Assembly (NCBI GenBank): GCA_965205855.1
Contig: OZ242184.1
Span: 64,001 to 128,000, forward strand
Direction of reading: 5' to 3'
DNA length: 64,000 nucleotides
Origin: Thermodesulfobacteriota bacterium
Lineage (GTDB): Bacteria; Desulfobacterota_D; UBA1144; Nemesobacterales; Mycalebacteriaceae
Each line of letters opens with the position of its first letter. Positions within the stretch are counted from its first letter, which is position 1. The notes under the pieces are model-generated. The model saw only the letters and a program-made list of their open reading frames with translations, searched no databases and was not told the DNA's origin. Positions 57,250 to 64,000 of this stretch are shown piece after piece. The position numbers and the translations under genes were made by a program.

Positions 57250-59027
57250 TCCTTGCTGTTTCTTAATTTCAAGATTCCTGACAGAAGAGTTTTCAGTTGA
57301 GTTCTTTCGGTTGCTATATGTATTCCGCCGTTTCTCAGATAGAAATCCGGAGTCATTGTCTCAGGTTTCACCCCCCTTCCACCGCTGGTCAGTTTTACAA
57401 CTCTGTCCCCGGCGAAGGCGATTATGGATTTTTTTTCCGCGATTATGAAATCTCCCTGAACCGCATAGCTGGCAAGAGAGCCGCCGGTTGTCGGGTGCGC
57501 AAGAACCGATATGTATGAAAGTCCCGATTCCTTGAGTTTGAGAATTGCGGAAATGGTTTTCGCCATCTGATACAAGGCGACCGTTCCTTCCTGCATTCTT
57601 GCTCCCCCGCTTGCCGTTACTGAAACAAGGTCCAGGTTGTTTTGTATGCAGTAGTCAACGATTATTCTCATCTTCTCGCCGAAGACAGCGCTCATGGAGC
57701 CTCCCATAAAGCGGAAATCGCAAATTGCCACCCCGGTGGGGCGACCGAATATTGAGCCGTATCCCACGACAAGTGAGTCTTTTGAATTGGTTTTTCCCGC
57801 CATTTTTATTCTCGTCTGCGAGTAGTCGGCTATGTTGAATTCGGGCGCTATATGTTCAATGGTCAGTTCCGGGTTTATCTCGTGGAATGTTTCTTCATCA
57901 AACAGAAATTTAATATAATCGTCCGAACCGAGCGGTTCGGGTTTGTTGCAATACGGGCACGCAAACAGGTTATTTTCAACTTCTTGTCTTTTGTAGCGGT
58001 TATGGCATCCGGCGCGGATTATCTGCCCCTCCGAGTCTTTTTCGTCATTGCAGAAAAACTGTTCCGCCCCGTAGATAGCGAGCTGAATTTGAGACGCCTC
58101 GGGAGTTTTCGGAACTGACAGTCTTGATGGTAGAAGCGATTTTATTTTTCTGGTTATGACATTGTACAAGCCGGATTTGTCCATGCGCCCGCACATATTG
58201 ATGTTGTTCCGGAGGTTGTTTTTCAGTTCTTCAAGGTCTTTTTTTTCAATCTCATCAATTGCTTCGGTAAGACTTTTTAACATGATTTCCGCAGTTTCCT
58301 TTTTGTAGTTTTTACTCCCGATTTTCGGTTCTTTGATTATGCCGTCAATGATATTGTATTTCAGCATATATTCCGCGGTCGGCTGCAGAACCTCGAGGGC
58401 TTCCGCCACTTTGTCCGGGCTTCTGAACAGTATCGCCGAACAACCTTCGGGCGTGATAACTGAAAACTCCGCTCTTGAGAGCATAAGACGGCAATGCGCA
58501 AGTTGAAGGGCTATCGCTCCGCCGCTTCCGCCGAGCCCTATGATTGTTGAAATTGAACGCGTTCCGAGAGACAGCATTTTCGCCTGACATTCCGATATAA
58601 GCCAGGACTGCAATTTTTCCGCCGAATACTCGTAAGGGTCTCCGCCCACAGTGTCTATGAATGTGTTGAGGATGATTTTGTTTTCTTCGGCGTATTTCAT
58701 CATGTTAATGGAAATTGCATATCCGTCGGCTTTGATCATTCCAAAATTCATCCCCGTTCGCTCTTCCTCGCTTGAAGGTGTTTGCTGGGCTATAACCGCA
58801 ATGCGTTGGCCCCCTTTTTTGAGAGTTCCGACCCCGGCAATTAATGCGGGGTCTTCTTGAATCTCCACCTTTCTTCCGGTCGGTGATGTGATGTGGGTCG
58901 AAAAGCCCTCCAATTTATTCCAGGGAATAAAATCCGAATAGAGAAGGTCTATAATATCGCGAGATTTAATCCTCTGATACGACTTCGCTTCCTCATGCGC
59001 CGAAACTGCTTTGGATGGTTTTGACAT
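57195..59027 (-). CDS. Fused carboxyltransferase alpha(AccA)-beta(AccD)
   Basis: N-half NFGM, TFIDT, GGSGGA, SVITPEGC; C-half FMGGSM, SGGARMQEG, PTTGG. Confidence 0.85.
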   Translation of the reverse strand: MSKPSKAVSAHEEAKSYQRIKSRDIIDLLYSDFIPWNKLEGFSTHITSPTGRKVEIQEDPALIAGVGTLKKGGQRIAVIAQQTPSSEEERTGMNFGMIKADGYAISINMMKYAEENKIILNTFIDTVGGDPYEYSAEKLQSWLISECQAKMLSLGTRSISTIIGLGGSGGAIALQLAHCRLMLSRAEFSVITPEGCSAILFRSPDKVAEALEVLQPTAEYMLKYNIIDGIIKEPKIGSKNYKKETAEIMLKSLTEAIDEIEKKDLEELKNNLRNNINMCGRMDKSGLYNVITRKIKSLLPSRLSVPKTPEASQIQLAIYGAEQFFCNDEKDSEGQIIRAGCHNRYKRQEVENNLFACPYCNKPEPLGSDDYIKFLFDEETFHEINPELTIEHIAPEFNIADYSQTRIKMAGKTNSKDSLVVGYGSIFGRPTGVAICDFRFMGGSMSAVFGEKMRIIVDYCIQNNLDLVSVTASGGARMQEGTVALYQMAKTISAILKLKESGLSYISVLAHPTTGGSLASYAVQGDFIIAEKKSIIAFAGDRVVKLTSGGRGVKPETMTPDFYLRNGGIHIATERTQLKTLLSGILKLRNSKDYSEIEDLSVPEKLEAER

Positions 59028-59098
59028 TACAACCCTACCCCGTCCGTCCATGCGAAAGCTTACCGGAGCGGGGAGTTTTTAATTTTTTGATAAGAGTT

Positions 59099-59422
59099 TC
59101 AGACGTTAAAAGACTGTCCGCAACCGCATGAGCCTTTGGAGTTTGGGTTGATAATAGAAAATCCGGTGCCGTTCAGGCCGCCCTGATAGTCAAGACTTGC
59201 GCCCTTGATGTATTGAAAACTGATACCATCAACGGCGACTTTTACCCCTTCCCGCTCAAAAATTTGGTCGGAACCCTCAATTTCGTCGTCAAACCCCATT
59301 TCGTAGGAAAATCCCGAACAGCCGCCAGGGACCACACGCACTCTTAGAAAACCGTTTGACATATCTTCCTCAGACAGCAGTTTTCCTATCTCTTCGGCCG
59401 CTCTTTTTGTTACCGAGAACAT
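59099..59422 (-). CDS. A-type Fe-S carrier (IscA/ErpA/HesB)
   Basis: GGCSGFSY, NPN...CGCGQSF. Confidence 0.93.
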   Translation of the reverse strand: MFSVTKRAAEEIGKLLSEEDMSNGFLRVRVVPGGCSGFSYEMGFDDEIEGSDQIFEREGVKVAVDGISFQYIKGASLDYQGGLNGTGFSIINPNSKGSCGCGQSFNV

Positions 59423-59526
59423 CGCCTTCGAACCTCCCGTCTGCACCAGCAGACGTAAAGATTATATATCACACCGGAAATCAAAACAAACCCTGAAATC
59501 TTTTCTCATCCGGTATATTTGCTCAA

Positions 59527-60657
59527 ATGAAGAACGGAAAAACGGTTCTAATTATTGATTCAACGGAAAACAATCCCGACCTTCTTTACGCAATGGGGGG
59601 TTTTTTCGTTCCTGACCCGGTTGTTTTTATCAGACACCGGGGCGAGTCAATTCTTGTTTTAAACGACCTTGAGTTGTCGCGTGGCAGAAAGAAAGCCGCT
59701 GTCTCCACGGTTCTGTCTCTGTCCGAATATACGGTAAAACTTCGGGCGAACGGGAAAAAGAAGCATTCCCTTGTTGATGTTGCGGGCTTGATTCTCAGGG
59801 AAAGAAGGATCTCCCGTGTGGAGGTTCAAAATTTGTTTCCGGTGGCTTTTGCCGACGATTTGAGAAAAAAAGGCTTTAAAGTCAAATGTTGCGGCCGTGG
59901 GATGATTTTTAACGAGAGAATGAAAAAAACTCCGCGTGAAATCGCGCTTATCAGAAAATCTCTGAGAGACACCGCCGCCGCAATGAAAACGGCGACGGAT
60001 CTGGTGTTTGATGCGAAAATCGGGAAAAACGGCGTTTTGTTCTCCGGAGGAAAGCCGCTGACTTCCGAGCGGATAAAGCGCGCCATAAACTCCGAACTCG
60101 CGGGAAAAGGATACTCCGTTAGCGGAACAATAGTCGCCTGCGGAGAGCATTCGGCGATGCCACACTACTCTGGCGAGGGTCCTATTTTTGGCTGCAGTCC
60201 CGTTGTTATTGACATATTTCCAAAGTCTGAGGACGGATATTTCGGCGATATGACAAGAACTGTTGTAAAGGGCAAGCCGTCACCCGATCTTGCGGCAATA
60301 TATAAAACGGTTCTGAAAGGGCAGAAGATTGCGATTGAAATGATAAAACACGGGGTTGAAACCGCTGATGTTCACAATGCAGTTACGGGGTTTTTTGATT
60401 CCGAGGGTTTCAAAACAAGCCGCGGAGATAATCCGCAGGGTTTTATACATTCCACCGGGCACGGTTTGGGCATGGGGCTTCACGAGCCGCCAAATATCAA
60501 CCTCTACGGCGGCGTTCTTGAAGAGGGCAATGTTGTTACCGTTGAGCCGGGGCTTTACTATGAAGGTATCGGGGGAGTCCGCCTAGAAGATGTCGTTCTT
60601 GTCACAAAAAAAGAATGTCAAAACCTTACCCGGTGCGCAAAGGTTTTATCGCGTTAA
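59527..60657 (+). CDS. Xaa-Pro aminopeptidase, M24 family
   Basis: DMTRT, HSTGHGLG..LHE.P, TVEPGLY, GVRLED. Confidence 0.92.
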   Translation: MKNGKTVLIIDSTENNPDLLYAMGGFFVPDPVVFIRHRGESILVLNDLELSRGRKKAAVSTVLSLSEYTVKLRANGKKKHSLVDVAGLILRERRISRVEVQNLFPVAFADDLRKKGFKVKCCGRGMIFNERMKKTPREIALIRKSLRDTAAAMKTATDLVFDAKIGKNGVLFSGGKPLTSERIKRAINSELAGKGYSVSGTIVACGEHSAMPHYSGEGPIFGCSPVVIDIFPKSEDGYFGDMTRTVVKGKPSPDLAAIYKTVLKGQKIAIEMIKHGVETADVHNAVTGFFDSEGFKTSRGDNPQGFIHSTGHGLGMGLHEPPNINLYGGVLEEGNVVTVEPGLYYEGIGGVRLEDVVLVTKKECQNLTRCAKVLSR

Positions 60658-60668
60658 AAAAAAACGAC

Positions 60669-61871
60669 TTACGGGTTTATCAAAGCGCCCGCAAGTTTCC
60701 ATCCTTCCTCGAATACCGTTCCGGTCTCCTCCGCGCATTTTTCCGAATAGACCAGCCCGGAATTTCCGCGTTGGCTTCGTGAATCGTAAATTGCGAACGG
60801 CACCGGGTCTCTTGAATGAGTTCTCAGCGATAAGGGTGTGGGATGGTCCGATGTTACAAGCGCTCTGAAGTCGCCGAATTTTTTCATTCCCTCAAGCGCG
60901 GGGCCGACAATCCTTGAGTCAAAATCCTCAACCGCCCGCAGTTTGAGCTTCGTCTGGCCGGTGTGTCCGGTCTCATCGGTTGCCTCTATATGAATCATTA
61001 CAAGGTCTGCGGTTTTAAGGGATTTCAGCGCGTATTCAACTTTTCCTTCGTAATTTGTATCCAGATAACCCGTAGCTCCCGGTACATCCACAACTTTCAT
61101 TCCCGCGCAATTTCCTATGCCCTTTACCAGATCAACCGCCGATATGACCGCTCCGCAAACGCCATAGGTCTTCTCAAACGCCGGTAATGTGGGTGCGGTT
61201 CCTTCGCCCCAGAGCCAGATGTCCGTTACGGGTTTTTCTCCGTTTTGAACCCTTTTTTTGTTTACGGGATGATTTTTGAGCACATCTTTTGCTTCTTTCA
61301 TAAGTTGTTTGAGCAAACCGGAGTCTTTTCCTGATGGAACAAAGTCCGCGATTTTTTTTCCGAGAATATCGTGCGGAGGTGTGGACGAAATCACGCTTCC
61401 TGCGCCGTTGATAACAACAAGATGCCTGTAACTGACTCCCGGAAAGAATTTTATGTCTTTTGTTTCAAGTTTTTGCGCGATGGCTTTTATCAGCTCCCTT
61501 GCCTGTTCCGTGGGAATGTGTCCCGCGCTATAGTCTTCCATTACGATTTTTCCGCGTTTTTTGCCGAGGGTTACAAGGTTGCATCTGCAGCTCATCTCGG
61601 TTTTTTTGAGAGAGATGCCCATTCCCGCCGCTTCAAGCGGAGACCTGCCCGTGAAATAGACAAGAGGGTCATATCCGAGAACGCTGAGGTTTCCCACATC
61701 GCTGCCGGCGGGCAGGGATTGCGGAATGGGTTTTGCAATGCCAAACGCTGTGGCATTTCGCGCCACAAAGTCAAGATTCGGAGTCGCTACCGCCTCAAGA
61801 GGGGTTTTGCCTCCAAGCTCTTTAAGAGGCCTGTCGGGCATTCCGTCGCCCTGAAGAATCAGATATTTCAT
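60669..61871 (-). CDS. apgM: Cofactor-independent phosphoglycerate mutase (ApgM-type)
   Basis: GDGMPD, GSDVGN, EATDETGH, SDHPTP..THS. Confidence 0.9.
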   Translation of the reverse strand: MKYLILQGDGMPDRPLKELGGKTPLEAVATPNLDFVARNATAFGIAKPIPQSLPAGSDVGNLSVLGYDPLVYFTGRSPLEAAGMGISLKKTEMSCRCNLVTLGKKRGKIVMEDYSAGHIPTEQARELIKAIAQKLETKDIKFFPGVSYRHLVVINGAGSVISSTPPHDILGKKIADFVPSGKDSGLLKQLMKEAKDVLKNHPVNKKRVQNGEKPVTDIWLWGEGTAPTLPAFEKTYGVCGAVISAVDLVKGIGNCAGMKVVDVPGATGYLDTNYEGKVEYALKSLKTADLVMIHIEATDETGHTGQTKLKLRAVEDFDSRIVGPALEGMKKFGDFRALVTSDHPTPLSLRTHSRDPVPFAIYDSRSQRGNSGLVYSEKCAEETGTVFEEGWKLAGALINP

Positions 61872-61877
61872 TGACGG

Positions 61878-62865
61878 TTAAGCCAGAATCTCCCTTGCCG
61901 TGCCGTCCGCGGATGATTCTTCCTTGGATGCGAGTTTGAGAACCTGCTTTTCCGCGTGATAGGAACTACGCACAAGCGGCCCTGATTCAACATGGGGTAT
62001 GCCGACTATTTTTTCCCCGTAGTCCTTCATGGACTCAAATTCAACCGGATGGTAGAACCGCGAAACGGGAATATGGTCGTATGTCGGTTGCAGATACTGT
62101 CCTATCGTAACTATGTCGCAACCGACCGAATGCAGATCTCGCAATGTGGAAGTTACTTCTTCAAAAGTCTCTCCGAGGCCGAGCATTATGCCCGATTTTG
62201 TGAGCATTCCCTTTTTTCCTTCACGCGAAGCCGTTTCAAGAAGCCCAAGAGAACGTTCATAAACCGCTTGAGGGCGAACGGCGCGGACTTTTCCGGACTG
62301 GGTTTTCTGCGGCAGTCCGTAGAGCCTTGGCACCGTTTCAATGTTATGGTTGAGTACATCGGGTTTCTCCGTAAGAACGGCAAGTAGACATTCGTAACTG
62401 CCTTTGAAGTCCGGAATCAGACACTCTATTTTCACCGAAGGGGCGGACTGTCTGATTTTTTTTATTGTCGCTGCAAAGATTTCGGCACTCTGCAGGTTTT
62501 TATCGTCCCTGTTGACCGATGTTATAACCACATGGGAGATAAGTGAGTTGTTGGCGCAAAGGCTTTCTACCGCTTCGGCAATCCTTGCGGGCTCGTCCCA
62601 GTCAAGTTCCCCGCCGTTTCCGGTTTTTACATGGCAGAATCCGCAGCTTCGTGTGCAGGTATCTCCCATTATCATAAAAGTGAGAGTTCCGGCGTTCCAG
62701 CACTCGCCCATGTTTGGACACTTGGCTTCCTCGCATACGGTATGGAGACCCAAAGCGCCTACAAGATTTTTAAGGCGTTTGTAGTTTTCTCCGGAGGGTA
62801 TTTTTGCCTTTATCCAGGAAGGTTTTGCCGATTTTGCTGTGCTGACTGGGATCGGAGGGCCTCAT
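61878..62865 (-). CDS. lipA: Lipoyl synthase; 5' end frameshifted or non-canonical start
   Basis: KPSWIK, CEEAKCPNMGEC, CTRSCGFC, NHNIETV, GQYLQP, RSSYHA. Confidence 0.92.
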
Positions 62866-63152
62866 TCTTCTTTTTTGTCTTCCGCCTCGCCTTCAAGCCG
62901 GCGGATTTTACGCCTGCTTTGCATCAGCTCAATCCAGTTCAGCGAGGAGTGTATCAAAGCAAAAATCATCCCGAGAAGAAAACCTGCGGCGACTGCGATT
63001 CCGGCCTTGGTATATACGGGGGCGATTTCATAGAAGGGAACGCGGTTGAGGTTGAGAACCATCTCTCCGTTCATCCAGTCTCTGTTGCCAAGATAAACAA
63101 CGGCGCCGAAAGCTACAAAAATCAGAGTTAAAAACAGTTTCAGGTATTTCAT
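62862..63152 (-). CDS. LapA-family (DUF1049) membrane protein
   Basis: Two TM helices then charged coiled-coil tail RRKIRRLE. Confidence 0.7.
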   Translation of the reverse strand: MKYLKLFLTLIFVAFGAVVYLGNRDWMNGEMVLNLNRVPFYEIAPVYTKAGIAVAAGFLLGMIFALIHSSLNWIELMQSRRKIRRLEGEAEDKKEE

Positions 63153-63203
63153 CGGTACTCCTTGTCGTGACCTATAATAGCATATCAGAGACTGCGCGTT
63201 TAA

Positions 63204-64000
63204 TTAAAAATTCTTTCCGCTCCCGAACCGTTCCGAAAGATAGTAAAGTCCGGATGAGGGTAGGTGGTTTCTGAAAAGTTTTGCCGACTGTTCCGGTATT
63301 ATAAGCCCGAGCAGGCTGACTTCGCGTCTGGGGAATATTTCAATCGGCGCGTCTTTTGATATTCCGGCTTTTTCCGCGGCGGTTTCAATCGCGCTCCGCA
63401 GAGTGCCTATTTCATCCACAAGCCCTGCTTCCTTGGCGCTCTGTCCGAGAAGCACTCTTCCGTCCGATATCTTGTTCAGGGTTTCGGGGCTGATGTTCCT
63501 GCTTTCCGCCACGGAGCTTTTGAACTGTTCAAGGGCATTGTCTATCATTGCCTGAAGATACTCCCGCTCCTTCGGTTCAAGCGGTCGCAGGGGTGAGCCG
63601 GAATCCTTGAATTCGCCGGTTTTGACGACATCAAAATCAATCTTTGCCCACCGAAGCAGTTCTTTGTAGTTTGCGAAAGTGGCTATGACTCCTATACTTC
63701 CGGTTATGGTTCCCGGACTTGCCACTATTACCGGCGCCGCGCAAGCGATGTAGTAGCCACCGGAGGCGGCTATGTTGCCCATGCTGGCCACCACGGGAAT
63801 TTTCCCGCCAATACGTTTTACAAGAGAGTGGATTTCCTGAGATGCCGCCACGCTTCCCCCCGGAGAGTCCACCCGTACGACAAGAGCCTTGAACGAGCCG
63901 TTCCGCTCTATCTCTCTCAGGGATTTGGCATAGGCGTCCGGAGATATAATAACGCCTTCTATTTTAAGGACGGCGACTTTAGGCGTTTTTTCCTTAATGA
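63204..64000 (-). CDS. sppA: Signal peptide peptidase SppA (S49), 5' end outside window
   Basis: VAVLKIEGVI...RVDSPGG, AASGGYY, GSIGV, KTGEFKD. Confidence 0.92.
   Translation of the reverse strand, partial: IKEKTPKVAVLKIEGVIISPDAYAKSLREIERNGSFKALVVRVDSPGGSVAASQEIHSLVKRIGGKIPVVASMGNIAASGGYYIACAAPVIVASPGTITGSIGVIATFANYKELLRWAKIDFDVVKTGEFKDSGSPLRPLEPKEREYLQAMIDNALEQFKSSVAESRNISPETLNKISDGRVLLGQSAKEAGLVDEIGTLRSAIETAAEKAGISKDAPIEIFPRREVSLLGLIIPEQSAKLFRNHLPSSGLYYLSERFGSGKNF

Noticed and set aside
61878-63152. lapA-lipA stop-codon readthrough fusion (same frame across TGA)
   Set aside because: TGA is an ordinary stop elsewhere in the window; a one-base indel after the ATGA overlap is simpler
1-64000. 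CRISPR arrays, IS elements, prophage, defence systems, parS
   Set aside because: No regularly spaced repeats, transposase, integrase or phage motifs, or parS consensus found by eye

Overview
This is the core-chromosome region around the replication origin of a diderm bacterium (about 50% GC). The gene content is Deltaproteobacteria-like; Dadabacteria is my unverified guess. oriC lies between dnaA and dnaN, and the dnaA-oriC-dnaN block is bracketed by comM and comF. Housekeeping genes include pheA, hisC, thiL, thiD, mutS, dapL, purH, folD, folK, trpE, trpG, tadA, lipA, apgM and sppA. The window also holds tRNA-Ala(CGC) and a full Pho regulon (pstSCAB-phoU, phoBR, OprO/P-like porin). I found no transposase, integrase, prophage or CRISPR array. 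Woven among the core genes is a set of uptake and acyl-CoA genes, most with strong Shine-Dalgarno (SD) sequences: two paralogous beta-barrels, two tandem acetoacetate-decarboxylase-like enzymes with a double operator, two atypical CaiC-like ligases, an acyl-CoA dehydrogenase, PaaI, DUF35, an AmiS/UreI channel and an AccA-AccD fusion. The best new-system candidate is an unannotated sRNA of about 85 nt (14406-14490). It has its own near-consensus sigma70 promoter, a terminator and an exposed anti-SD seed complementary to the leaders of several of those genes, while several housekeeping genes appear leaderless. All calls come from reading motifs by eye; no database search or folding program was run.
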